DNA of 54,537 nucleotides, filler included, from Bipalium vagum (taxonomy: Eukaryota): assembly GCA_037834085.1 (NCBI GenBank). It is 3 parts of 3 records of this genome, joined end to end, with 100 filler letters (N's around TTAATTAATTAA, not from the genome) between each part and the next. Parts side by side here need not be neighbours in the genome. Positions count along the whole stretch, not along the records: positions 15,674 to 35,986 come from JBBMKC010255542.1; positions 36,087 to 54,537 come from JBBMKC010029023.1; 1 more part is not named here. One strand, 5' to 3'. The first letter of the stretch is position 1; every line of letters starts with the position of its first letter. Made by a program: the position numbers and the translations under genes. The notes under the pieces are model-generated. The model had not been told where the DNA came from. It ran no database searches and saw only the letters and a program-made list of their open reading frames with translations. This document shows positions 22,548 through 36,896 of the stretch, one piece after another.

Positions 22548-25500
22548 TCTTTCTAAAAATCTTTACCTATAAAATATCATGAAAATAAACCAATATATTT
22601 AAACAGAATAATAAAATGAACAAAATGAAATTAGTGCTAATAATAATGAAAGTTTTAAATGTTCTGTTTGGAGACATTTACTTTTCAAGTAGAAACTGAA
22701 AACAATAAGCATGAAAGCCCTTTGAGAAATTGATTTCTTGTTCAATCATAATTTTTACTTTCAATGTTCACATTAGTTTCGATATGATAGTAAAAAGTAT
22801 AGAAATAAGCATAAAAAGAATAAATAATTAAATTCATCAATAAAAATATTTTTTCAGACTTGGCAATTGGCCAAAGATCTCCTTGATACAAAGACTGTTT
22901 ACTCTGAACTTCGGCAGCCGATTTTCAGAATTTTAATAAAAATTCAGAGAACCGACAAAAGTTATTGAAAATCAATTAAAATCTCCGACGTCAGGAAAAA
23001 AAGAAAAAAAAATATATTTTTCTCTTAAGATGATGAAGATTAAACAATTATTTTACGATTACCGAAAGTGTTGTATCAGGTTTCATTATTTTCCATCAAC
23101 AAAAGAGAAAAAACGAAATGAAAAACAAAAAAATTAAACAAAATTACCCAAAACATAAACAGTGATATTGACATTTCTCTTTTCAAAGCCACTTGTCGCT
23201 CCACATTCATAATATGTAGGCGAGTCCTCTAATTTAAGCGAAATGTTCAATTTCCTTTTGTCATCATGGATAATATTTGTCATTTTATCGTTATGATACT
23301 TTTTCCACTGATAAAAAGGTGCTTCCAGGGGGCAAATAATATTGACGTTTGGTCCGAGGAAAAATAATCTGGTAATTGAGGACTTGATTGATTCGGCAGA
23401 ACAAAGCGCTGTTTATCAGAAATATTTTATTTTTTTGCGAAAATATATATAATATATTTTTATTTTATTTCAAACAATGTATTTATTTTCTAAAATGTAA
23501 TTTACCGAATCACAAAGATAACGAACAATACATTTTGGTGATGACAAATAATAATATTAATAATTAAATTAAGTTTGAGGCTTAATTACTTTAAGATAAA
23601 AATAATTAGATTAAAAATTAATTTATTTTAATAAAACTTTTATTTAAGAATGAAAAATATTTTTAATTATATTATAATTTATTTAAAGTTCTTATAAAGA
23701 TTATTATATTATATTATATTATTGATAATAATGATAATAATGATAATAATGATAAGTTTAATATAAAAAATACTTTTTCTACCATTTAGAATTTCTTATT
23801 AATATTATTTTCACATGTTGAAAAGAAAGTAATATATATCTAGGATTATATTAGTTGTTTGTAATCATAAACAAAGTTAAAGAAAGTTCTTAAATGGACT
23901 ATTTTAGTTTTTATTTAATTATTCTTTTAATTACATACATGTATCAATCTTCTTTCAGATCATTAAATGTATGATCCATAATTTGAAAAATACTATATAT
24001 GTGAATGTAAAACACAAACATTTACAACATCAGAAATTTCTTTTATTAAAATCCTTTTGTGTTAGTATAGTATCAGGTTGATAAGAAAATAATTGTTTCA
24101 ACCGATAAATGTATTATTAAAAATCTCACAAGAAAGGGAAGTGTTTTATTCAAAATGTTATCCATGAAAAGCAACAAAAATAAGGTTTATTCCAAAAATA
24201 TATGCTTTAGAATTTCGGTCTTCTGAAATTGATAAACCTTGTTGATTTTCAAGTTATCTTTCTAACATCATTGCTGAATTTGAACTCGTAAACTACAATT
24301 GATTGTAAGTGGTATTTTTCTGACTTGACTTCTCAAAGTAATATAAATTAGAAATTAGTATTAATAGTAAGGTACTTATGTGGTACCTCCGGGCTCATTC
24401 TAGATACTTTAAGAGGTCATTTTGTTAAATTGTTAATGTAAAACAATTTCTGCGCTTTCAAGTGGTATATAAATTAATACGTTCTAGCAAACATATTTTC
24501 AAAAAATCTATTGTCAGGTTCGAATATATAAAAATCGCTATTATTTCTTAATAGCGATCTATACTATGAGGCAGACCCAAATATATTTTTTTACAAAATC
24601 TATATTGACGCCTTATATAGTCTTAAAGTAAAATATGAAACTATACATAAAGGGAAATAAATTCCAAGATATTTGAAACCTTGTTAAATGGGTTTGATCA
24701 TAACACTTTTCAGTAATATTAATTTTTTGTCAACATTTTTCTCTGATATTAAGAACAAGCAAAATAATATTTAAGAAATATTTTAATTTCAATCTTAATT
24801 TTATTAATANNNNNNNNNNNNNNNNNNNNNNNNNNNNNNNNNNNNNNNNNNNNNNNNNNNNNNNNNNNNNNNNNNNNNNNNNNNNNNNNNNNNNNNNNNN
24901 NNNNNNNNNACATTTTTCTCTGATATTAAGAACAAGCAAAATAATATTTAAGAAATATTTTAATTTCAATCTTAATTTTATTAATAGAAATGATTATTTG
25001 AAATTAATTAAGAACGGCTGTTGGGGATTTCATTCCCCTTCGAGTTCGATTATTCATCTAAAAGATTTTCCAGTTAAAATATTTCCCAGCTTTATTTTTC
25101 ATTTTAATCTTAATAATAATAATATTTTCAGTCTCCTCAAATTTATTCATAAACTAAAATAATCTTTCTAAAATGTTTTCTTTCATTATTACCGTTTCAT
25201 GAAATATTAATTAGTTTAAATTTTTGATTTTAATTTCGTTCACATGTTTTTTTTATTTCTCTAAAAATTAAAACAAAACCAGCAATAAAGAAATAACATT
25301 TTGAAGAAATGTAAATGATTAATTTTAATTAAAATAATTTCACATTTTCTGAGTTTACCAATTTAACATTGTCAATTGCCTTCATTGGAAATTATCAGTG
25401 GAAAAGCGAAAAAGTTTCGGCTGTCACAATCACTTGTCTAAAGGCAATTTTCCCTCATAACTCAAGATTAAATATTTCCCATTATTTTAAATTGAATTAA

Positions 25501-28500
25501 ATATTCCATCATGAATTGAGGAAAGATAATTTTATAATAAAATTAATCCAAAATCAAAATTATTAAGCAATGCTTCGAGGAACCTTAAGGATAAACTGTT
25601 TTTTATTAAATCAATAAAATACAAATGTTAAATGAAACTTTTACATATTTTATATATAAATTTTTATTATTTATTGTTTTTTTTTAGAATTTTTAAAATA
25701 TTTTATTAAAATAAGTATAGTCTTGTCCATTAATTTTAGTGATTGAAGTCTTCGACAAACCTCAAACAAAAGTGGTACTTAGCTTTCATTTTTATATTTT
25801 TATATTTTTTAAATTTCGCATATTTTTACTAATATAGACAAATTCCGTAAGCATCAATATATATAAGTATATCAATTCGTATTTATATTGTTAATTTATT
25901 CAAAACCACCAAAGAATTTCTTATTCTTGTGTCTAGAAATCTGTAGGCATGTTGGCGAAAGACCCTTTAAGTAAGATAAACCATCATACTTTGAAAGTGA
26001 TCAAAATATTTTTTTTAATTAAGCTTTCGATATTCGAAGTCAATTTAAGGTTTATCCTGGTTTAATTTCGTCTAATGAAATTTATAGTGAAAGGTTTTTG
26101 GTGTTTCACGTTTTAAGTTCACAAACTGTCAAATACAATATTCGCATTTTTTTAATTTAATGATCATATAGTCAAGGTAAACCTTCATTTAAGAGAAATT
26201 TTTTATAATATTAATAAGATCACTTCAATAAAAAATAATAATAATAATATTAAAAAATAATTATAAAAAATTTGGATTTTGTCAAAAATTTAATTTAATC
26301 AATTAATTATTAACATTTATCGTTTTCGATAAAAATAAAAGATTATGTCAAATATCAGTTTTTGCAATATTTCAAATGTCAAAACCGGTTCGCATTATAA
26401 ACATTCCCATTTTCCACAGAAATTAGTTTCCTTTGATTTATGATGTATACCCAAGCCGTGATTTACTATCACCGGATCGCTGTCCAGTAAACCGTGTCTT
26501 TTGTAATTTCCTTTCTCAAAACGCGCCCGCCGACGCCCAATTGTCATTGACATGATTGACCTGACGTGGAACATTTTCATCCATCTTCATTGTTACAAAC
26601 AATGAACAAACCCATTGTTCACGATTATTCAACAAGTCATGTTTTAATGACTTGTTGACAAGTCATAAAGACAATGTTTGGTCGTCAGCGGCAAATATGG
26701 TCTTTCGCTCATGAGGTGTAAGAAATTATTTATGTTTATTTAATGACGAACAGAACGGGGGAGTATATTAGTCAAATGATACTGGAATCACTATCAGTAC
26801 ATATTATGTAAACAATTTTCCTTCCGTCCGATGACATCTCACAGAAGAGGCAACAACTTTCAACATCAATTTGACACTGATAACGGGATTGGAAAAAGAA
26901 AAAGTTTACCGAAACATTTCTTTGTCCGATTTCCCTTCGTCACCAGGGTCATAATATATCCTATACACATGTTGGCTGACGGAAATCAACAGTCAATACT
27001 CCAGGAAAGATATAGTATTTAACAAAGGTCGTAAAAATTAATATAATTAAAGCAGCTTATTTTTTAGTAAAGATCCATTTTTGAGAGACGCCAAAAAAAT
27101 TGTTTGTTTATTTGAAATAAAATCAATAAATATTATGAAAGTAATTTTTAAAAATATTATTTTTCCATTTAATTAATAATACCAGTTTAATTGTTATTAA
27201 TATAATAAGCATTTAAGGCCAATGTATGTCAGGGGGAAAATTCTTCCGATGAATGCACTATGAAAGTAATTTCAACATTTGCTAATATTATGTCAACCAT
27301 GTCTTAATATATAATTTTCTTTGAGAGGACAGGAGAGATTTCTGAAGACAACTTTAACAGCATTTTCTAATTTCCAAACGATTTGGGGTACATAATTCTT
27401 CTGACTGTAAACATTGGACTTAGTTCAACTTACATCTGGGCTAATTAAATATTGATTATTGATAATACTCCAAGTGAAAGCCTTACCAGAAAACGGTGGA
27501 ATGTTTGGCCGTTACCTATTCTACTTTTAGGGAAACCAATTAATAGGTAATGGTTATATCAATCATTACTCTTTCGGTTACTTAGAGAATCAATATAATC
27601 TTGTAAAAGTAATTTATTCTAAATATGCTGCTATGTAATTATAGAAATATGCTGTCATTCCTTTGGATTGTAGACAAGCTTAAGTAAAAGTTCAGGCCTT
27701 ACACTCTTTAATAGTCCATATAAGAATAAGATTTCATTTGGAGTTTTATGTTATTAAAAAGTTGCTTTTGGAATAAATAAATTTTAATAAGATTATATTG
27801 ATTATTTCTAAATAACAGAAATAGTATTGAGTGATACGTTTTGATAAGGTAATGAAATGTTTTTTTTCACAGATATAGAAAATGTGTTCCATGTGAAGGG
27901 TTCCTGGAATTACATATTAAACAATGGTAATCACATCTCTTAATGAGTAATTTGATTATGTNNNNNNNNNNNNNNNNNNNNNNNNNNNNNNNNNNNNNNN
28001 NNNNNNNNNNNNNNNNNNNNNNNNNNNNNNNNNNNNNNNNNNNNNNNNNNNNNNNNNNNNNAAAATGATATCGAAACAATTCATTGTTAATAGTTTTCTT
28101 CAACCTTAAATGTATTTATTATTCATAAAGAATTTTTTTCATATTATCGATGGTTCACGATGAATATAATGATGTTTTGTTGTAAAGAACTTAATTGACT
28201 AGATTAAATACATTGATTCCAATGTCATGATGAGAGGACAGGATCAGTTTGTATCGCAATGAATTTGCAAACAAATGCAAAGTGGTACTTTAAGGTTTTT
28301 GTCAGGAACGACTCACTATATTCCTTGACCATCTCTAACATTAATTCCATTTTGCACAGCGAGACTTCTGAATAATTCCAACATTTAATTGATTAATTAA
28401 ATTCCTAAAATAACCCACAAATTTAAATCTAACAAATTAATTGTAAATTATTCACTTTTACGTCCACAAATCTCCTTGTTTTGATAAATTGGGATAAACA

Positions 28501-28769
28501 ATTGATTTGTATATATTCGTCAACATTTGATGCATAAGGTAAATAATTTTCTCAGACATGATTTTATCATTATTAATTACTTAATTTTTTAATATTTATA
28601 TTGATTTTGAATAAACATCGAACAATTTCAATATTCAATAATTTACAATGATTTTCAGCAGAAAAAGATTTTTATAATATAAAATAATAATAATAAAATA
28701 ATTGATGATAAATTTATAAGATTTTAATAATTTTCATTATATATTTGAAGGCGAATAAGAAGTATATAT

Positions 28770-28960
28770 TCAACAGACATTGTTCCAACTAATTATCATT
28801 TGTTTAGGTCAATGCAGCATGCTTTTTTTAATCAGCGGATGCCATACAAAAATGATTTGAGAATTTTTGGCTTCCAAACAACCAGAATTTTCTCAAAATG
28901 GAATTTATCAACTTCCTGCAAGATGGCTTAATAACAATGGCGATTGCTTTGATTGATAAT
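28770..28960 (+). mobile_element. mariner 3' fragment
   Basis: DIVPTNYHLFRSMQHAFFNQR ... NGIYQLPARW ... NNGDCFD*. Confidence 0.7.
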
Positions 28961-29059
28961 TTTGTATCACTTTGAATAACATATTTTGAAGGTAGTTAAA
29001 AAATAGGATTATTTATTTTTACTGGCATAGAACTAACATTTACTTCATTGATAAATTAA

Positions 29060-29460
29060 TGATAATTGTTAGGTGTCAGTTCCATGTTGTGTATTAGTTG
29101 TATCATTATTTCAATTGATTCAATTTTTGTAAGACTTCACAGGCCTGTTTCCGCATTTTCATGCTTAAACACAACGGTCTACCGTTTATCAAATTTATTT
29201 TGTGTTTTTCAAACGTTGGCTTTATTCATCATAATTGATCACAAAAAACTTGAACAAATCATTTTATTTTATGATAAATGATTCTTTTCTAATCCCATCA
29301 GAAACAAAACCATAATTTTGTTGGATATGCATCCCTATCTTGCTTGCGTTTGAGAAGCTTCCTCTGGCATTGACCATGGTTAAGCTGGATAATTATAAAC
29401 ATGGGTAATCATTTCTTCGAAATCTGAGATACATTTTTAAGCAGGAACTCAGATTGAAAA
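29060..29460 (-). mobile_element. Decayed mariner catalytic-domain fragment
   Basis: Minus: SQTQAR*GCISNKIMVLFL (SAGKVM..VFWD-like) and VVFKHENA (HDNA-like). Confidence 0.45.
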
Positions 29461-32400
29461 TCTGTTCACTTTGTTTTTTTGAAAAAAACTGTGTGACATA
29501 TTTATATATTTATTTTTAATTTAATATTTTCAACATACTTTAAAACAGTCTTGTGTTATACTTCACAATACGAAAATACATAAAATATTTTATTTATATA
29601 ATATTTGATTTTAATGCTTTTCTTAAAAAACCAAAACTTTTTGCTTAACTCAATTCTAAAAATAAAGTTTAATAAATTAGTAAAATGTTACTTAAAATAA
29701 TTATTCAGATCAAATACGGAAATAATTTTAAAAAAAAGAAAGTTTAGAGTTTATAGTTCAACAATCATTATTATTTAATATAAATAATTTTATATTAAAA
29801 CTTTTAGTTTACATCTCAAGTGCTCAAAATGAAACAATAAATACCTATTAATAATATTTGAGAGTAATAGAACCACGCTTAAGTCGAAATCACGTTCATC
29901 CAGGATGCTTCATTAGTTTTATTATTAGGATCATTTCTTGTAATTTTAGTTCCTAAAGCTTTCATCTCAAATTTCCAGTTGTCATCATGTGTACATCGGG
30001 TGTAAATTTGATCATGATTGTCTTAATCTAAAATAGACTATTCCTTAGCTAACCTTGTGATTATAATGGAAATTGGTGTTGAAAGATTGTTTAGTGCTTG
30101 ACATATTCTGAAACCAGTATATGTAAGACAGTTGGTACATGAAGAAAGTACCATTATGCATGTCAATTATTAAAGTCTTGTTAATTGAAGAGATAAACGA
30201 TTTTTTTAACTTTCTGGTATAATACTTAGAGATACATAGAGAAAGAAAATACTTTTTGAATGATTTGAACAAATACATTTTCAAGACATTGTTTGGAGTC
30301 GAATTCTGAAACTATCAAAGACTTTTCATGGTGAACGGTATTGTCCTTAAATTCGAGTACTAATCTTAATATATNNNNNNNNNNNNNNNNNNNNNNNNNN
30401 NNNNNNNNNNNNNNNNNNNNNNNNNNNNNNNNNNNNNNNNNNNNNNNNNNNNNNNNNNNNNNNNNNNNNNNNNNGTCGAATTCTGAAACTATCAAAGACT
30501 TTTCATGGTGAACGGTATTGTCCTTAAATTCGAGTACTAATCTTAATATATGGTGATGATCATCATATAAACGTTTAAATGACATCATTCTATAATAGAA
30601 AGTACCAACTTCTGTAAACATAATATTTATTTAATAATGTTTTGTTACCTCAATTGGTTAGTTGATCCATTTTTTCAGAAAGATTGTAATTATAGATTTA
30701 TCTCTTAATTATTACCTGTTCATTAACGTATATTTAGATACAATTTTTTCTTTTCCTTATTTAGTTATAAACATAAGTACAAACCCTAAGAAGAACTGCA
30801 CCTAAATTGTTCCCAGTTCAAAAATCATCGAAAGTAACTTTATTTCTGTTTTTTTTGGTGTTTGAACTAAAAAAATTCTAGATCAGATCAGGTCCAAAGT
30901 CTCTATTTGATTTATTTATACAATACCGTTTAAAAATTTTTTTTAATTTTATTCGGAAATAAAATATTTAAAAGATTAATACAGAAATAAATTACTAAAA
31001 ATTAAAGTTTAGAGATTCAGTGCAAAATCTGACCTAAAATTAATGATTTAGCCCATGTATTAGAGTGATTTATGTCAAAAAGATACATGGTCAATATTAT
31101 CTATTGTTTTATATTATTATTTTTATTATGGGAATGAGATAAAAATATGCATAAATGTGACTAAAGATAAAAATATATGTTCCTAAATAAATATTCCCAT
31201 ATACTTTGATTTAGAAAAAAAAACAGTCATTATTTCAATTATATTAACTGAAATATTATCATTATGATTATATTTATTTTTATATATTAATTAAACATAA
31301 GCAAAGCAGGTAATTATAACTTCTAATAAAATTAACCTTACGTTCAAGAAGGTCATTTTTGAAACGCTAATTGATCAAAGAATAAAATTTGGAGGTTTTT
31401 TAAGTTAAAAGAAATCGATATATTGATATATAAACAACCTTATCATTCAAAGAATTGTTTGTTTTAATGTGTCACTTATTATCAAAAGGAAGCAGATCTC
31501 AGGACACAAAGTCTGTAAATATGATCCTAGCATCGGAATCGCGTGGTATTTATTTGTAGACAAGAATATGAGATCTTTATTGGGTGACTTATAATTTGAA
31601 ATTTGATCATTTTATTAACAATCATGGCAAATTTTCGTTCGCAAAGTAACAGTCATTTAAAGGGAGAATTCCAATTAAATTTTTGGAGACTCAACAAAAC
31701 TATTAAGAAATTTCTTCTTATAATTCTTAAAAAATTACAATTAAGATAAGCCACGCTCCCCTTCTGATTTTCCGATATAAAGCGTTCCTTACAAAAAAGA
31801 TGTACTAAACAAAATTAAAGACTTCGAAAATTTAGTATCGGAAACATGTTCCTTGATGTTTTTTATTTCTAAACTTAATTTTTATTTTGGAGACATTGTT
31901 GCACTTTTTCTCATCATTAAAGACTTGAATATTCTTGAAATATGATAGAGATTCAAAAAATTAAAACAAATGATTATAACTAAATTATTAATTATACTTA
32001 CAAAGAAAGACACAGAATATAAGGATGTCTTCAAATCTTAAAATTAAAGAAAATAGCATCTCTTAGAATTTTGAATAAAAAAGTGAAGATCGATTTCAAG
32101 CAGAATTTTAATCATTTCTTCAAGTCATGTAGATTTAATAAAATTATATTCAAAGTATGGATATTTTATATCATAGGAAATACTGATCTTTTCGTCAATT
32201 TCTGTTAATAATCCATAAGAAATATAAGCCATGCAATATTTCCAAAAAAATTTGTTTAAATGCTCTGAAATCATCCGCAGATAATCGTTATCATTTCAAA
32301 TTCAACATTTATAGGTATACCGATATTAAAAATAAAACAATTATCATCAGAATGATCATTTTCAATTATCAAATCAAAATTACCTGTCACGAATAAAATT

Positions 32401-34889
32401 AATCCAAGACCTTTGATTTGGAACACCATTCTGAAATAAAGACATAAATAGTGACCAAAATGCTTACTGTCTTACATTAATAGAAATAACTAATTGAAAG
32501 TGAAAATCTTATTTACTATATTAATGAACCATCGGAAAGAAAAATTCTATTTAATATCAATTAAAATAGAACGTTGTACAACACAGCGTTCACCGTTGGA
32601 AGGGATTGCCACAAAAACCAAGGCAAAAAATGGCAAAATGATAAATAAAGTCTGATTGGTTTATGATAAGACGTCCGTTGTCTGACATATCAGGGAAATC
32701 CCCGACTTCAGGATTGATAATGTCATACAACTTTGCCTGCAGCATCGGCGATTAGATGCACAAAGTAGGCGTGTTAGATTGGAAAAAGTGATGCAAGGAC
32801 CGGTAAATGAAAAAATATATTTCACCATTAAACTATGAAGCCGAAAATTGTATACATCGGCTTGATGTTGGAAATTGAAACATCTTTTCGAATTCCGCTG
32901 CATTTTGGCTTACTTTTTCTCTATTTTTGCTGATTCCACTTTAAGGATTTTGACAGGTAAAACATTCTTAATAATAGGCCGTGCTGACATTATTTTAGGT
33001 GTTATGTTAATTAATTTTTTGGCAAAAACTTGAATCTTGTCAGCTTCTTCAACGGGGATGGACTTTATCTTGACGTTCGGGTTTCAGAAACGTTTGCTTT
33101 AGTCGTCAGAAAACACCGACTTTTCTTGTTAAAGATTCGAATATTTATATAAAAGAAAAACTATTTTTTAATTTTAAAAACGTTTTGTTAAATATCATTA
33201 AGTAACAATATATAATCCACTTGGCTATATTTAATATATTTAACACATTTTTGTATTTTAAAATCACCCAAGAAACAGAAATAACAATAAAACTAATTAA
33301 TTTATGCTTTTTGAAATAAACCTTTAATTGGTAGGAGAAATTTTCTAGTCAGTGTTAAACTCAAATCTTTAATAAAAATAAACACTTTATCAAATGTAAT
33401 AATAAGATAAGAAAAACGTAACCAATATATATACTAACCGAATTTGCAGAATATGCGAAAATCAATTTTTAATAAAATTTCTAATATTTAAAAATTTATT
33501 TAGAGTAATCGCTTGCGAGAGTATATGAAATTGATTATTTAAAACAAATGTTGAAATATTTTAAAAAAGAAAAATGATATTTATTTTATCTCATTTACAT
33601 AAAAGTTTCTTAAATTCTAATAAATTTTATCTCACATAACTTATAATTTATTAAAATATTGTTTTGTTAATATCGATCTAGTTTTAAATATTTCACTAAA
33701 AATTTGACAGGTAAATTTGTTAAAATGCTATTTGTATTTGGAAAAGTTTCAGATTTCTAATACTTACATTTTTATGACTCTTTTGTCTAATTATGATCAT
33801 TATTTAAAGGAAGTGCCTTTTGTCAAATAGATCTATAAATAAAATATAAAAAGCCAAACTTTGTTTTATAATTACAAATAATCTATATAACAATGAAATT
33901 TCCGTTCTTCAGGATAAATTAGTCAATTTTTTTTAACTACGCTCTTTATGTTTTATATAAGCCTACATAAATTATTCTTTTAATTCATTAATAATTTATT
34001 CTTAATTCTATTTATAAAATTCACTTTAATAAATCTCTATACAATGGAAAATTAATTTTCGGAATATTTCATTATTTCTTTACAAATTTTTCATATCGAC
34101 TATCTCAATGTCATTGGAAAATTAAATAAAGTTATGTATAGTATCTTAAATTATTTAATAAATTTTAATTTATTTATTTATCTTTAAAATTTAAAATTTG
34201 TTATATATTTCTGTACAAACAAAAGAAGACATTAAATAATATATAATTAATTATTAATTTCAATTAATTGTCCTTTGTAAAATAATGTTCTGTATATATA
34301 TAGTATAATCAGTGAATAATAAATACAGAATTTAGAACTTGATTTCTGATAAGAGTTTACATTTAATTAAATTTTATTAAAAGTTTAATTAATTACATTA
34401 TTTTTAATTAATATTAAGCATTCATTTTTATTTCAATAATTTTAATTAATGTAGTAATTTTAATAATTACAAAAAACATCATAAATTCTCTTTAATAATA
34501 AAAAAATTAGAAATTTTTAATATATAGATATTATATTCATATATGTTGATCCTAAAGGTAATCACATAGCAACTCCATCTCTTTTCCTATACTATTTAGT
34601 GTTGAATAAAAAAGAAATGTCTTTCGTACTAAATTCCAAAAATTGCCTAATACTAAATTTGTCCATGATGTATTGATCATCTCTATCGTTCCAAAGAGAA
34701 ACTCATAGATAATTTGTTTCCGAAATAGGTACATTCGTAAATAACCTGCACACTTCAAATGATACCATATGGTCTTTTTTTAGAATTTTATCATAATTAT
34801 TTATAAAACTACAAAATTCAAAACCATCTTTCACTTCGTATTTGATTTCTAATAATAATGTTTTATTAATTTATCAATACTTTTTGCTT

Positions 34890-35895
34890 AATGTCGACGC
34901 AGGATAACAACTGTGATTATTAAGAGATGCTTCAAAAAGAATTGGTATGTGTCGGCGAATGCACTTTCTATACCATCGTAAAAGGCAAATAATATAATTG
35001 TCTCGCCACTAACTATCAGAAACCGACTGAGAGAGATAGATTTAGTCTGTCAAGTGGCCAAGTAAAAATCTTTCATTCACAGCAAATTTAATGTATTTGG
35101 GAACAATATAAAAGTTACTGTGTGAAAAACTGTGAAAAAAGAAATGAAGGTGCAGTGCTTCCAACCAACAGTTAAGAATGGTGGTGGATCAGTCATGGTA
35201 TGGAGATGTTTTTCGAGTGCTGAGGTGGGGAAATTATATTTCATTGATGGCATAATGAAAATAAACATTTGAAGATAAAATTGGTGCAAAAAGCACCCAA
35301 CAACTTGGTATGGATAATAATTTCAAGTTTCAGGATGATATGGATCCGAAACATACGGTGAAGATTGTGACAAAGTTGCTCGAAGATACATATATTTTGG
35401 TCATAAATGGATTGGACAATCACCGGACATGAATCCTATTGATAATTTATGGACTTTTTGGAAATAAAACTCAAGGAAAGGGAGATCACTGGAAAAGAAA
35501 TGTTAAAAGCACGTCTCATAGAAAAATGCAGAAAACTCCTGATTTTTCCAAAATGTGTGCTCAATCAGTTCATATATTACAAATGATGCTTAAAAGGAAA
35601 GAAGGACCAATAAAATATTAGACATGTCAGATATATTTAATACTTTTTTGTTTATATGTCATAACTATAGTCATACGAATAATACTTGTGTTCCTAATTT
35701 AATGATTTTTCCAAACCTAAATTAATAGATATTTGAAAATATTTTTTTGATCTTTATTCTATTTGATACCCGTAGATTAATATGCTATAAATTTGATTAC
35801 AATTATTTTCAATAAGTAAGTGCCATACTGCTTTATATATCGAAATGTTTTATAAATGAAATGATCGTACACAGACTTCTTGTAGATAGTACATA
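34890..35895 (+). mobile_element. Tc1 (DD34E) element, 5'-decayed, right end present
   Basis: CFQPTVKNGGGSVMVWRCFSSAEVGKLYFIDGIMK, FQDDMDPKHT and QSPDMNPIDNLW are canonical Tc1 motifs. Two related motifs near 35671 and 35866 suggest an IR/DR-type right end. Confidence 0.85.
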
Positions 35896-35986
35896 TAGTT
35901 GTTGGGTTTACTTTGAAACACTAAATAGTGAATATAGTGTATAAAGTTTGCCACTTTTAAATTTCTTTTATTTAATGTTTATAAAT

Positions 35987-36086
35987 NNNNNNNNNNNNNN
36001 NNNNNNNNNNNNNNNNNNNNNNNNNNNNNNTTAATTAATTAANNNNNNNNNNNNNNNNNNNNNNNNNNNNNNNNNNNNNNNNNNNN
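35987..36086. other. Artificial contig linker (44N-TTAATTAATTAA-44N)
   Basis: Same structure as 15574-15673. Confidence 0.95.
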
Positions 36087-36127
36087 GATTATTTTTATTA
36101 GTATTATTATTTATTATTAGTATTATT

Positions 36128-36162
<35 letters not shown>

Positions 36163-36896
36163 CTTTAGCTTATTTCGTTTTACTTGACTTTTATTGGAAT
36201 CATATAATGCATGAATGGATAAGAAATAATTTAAAGTTATTAAACTAATTTTAAAATCATTCATTGGTTACTTTATTTATTTTGATATCCTTTAGAAATA
36301 AAATAATAAAATATTTTTTATGAATAATTGAAAATATCAGTGAGATAATAAAATAAAAAATTATAATAAAAAATTTTTTTATTTTACAGTAACAGAATAT
36401 TTGTTAAATCTTTTTAAAAAATCACGCAATAAAACTTATTTTTGCAAAGAATAATTAATTAATTTAGTTAATTGCACTCTTAATGGCTTGAAAGTATTAT
36501 GGTAAGTGCTGTAAATTATGAAAACAAAAATTATGAAATACAATTTTTATAAATAATTTGTATATTAAAATTCAAATATTTTTATAAAAAATTTAAAATG
36601 TGTTAATACAATTAAATTATACCTTGTCTTCTGTTAATAAGCATAAACTTAAAAAAGAATAATTAAATTTGATCTAAAATATTGTTAAATTCCTGAAACG
36701 TTTAGGATTTTAACAAATAGACAAATTAGTAGAATTTTTTATTTATTAGAAGGATTTATATGCAACCACGGTTAAAGATATGTTAAATGTTTTAAAATTA
36801 AAATTTTCAAAATTTAAAGATAATTACTTTCTTGTAACTTTTGATATTTTTAAAATTTTCTGCTTTAGAAATATCTTTTCTTCTATTACTATTTAA

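Noticed and set aside
28308-28320. 13-bp match to the T7 promoter core (ACGACTCACTATA)
   Set aside because: Lacks the TAAT and GGG flanks and any adjacent vector sequence; treated as a chance match.
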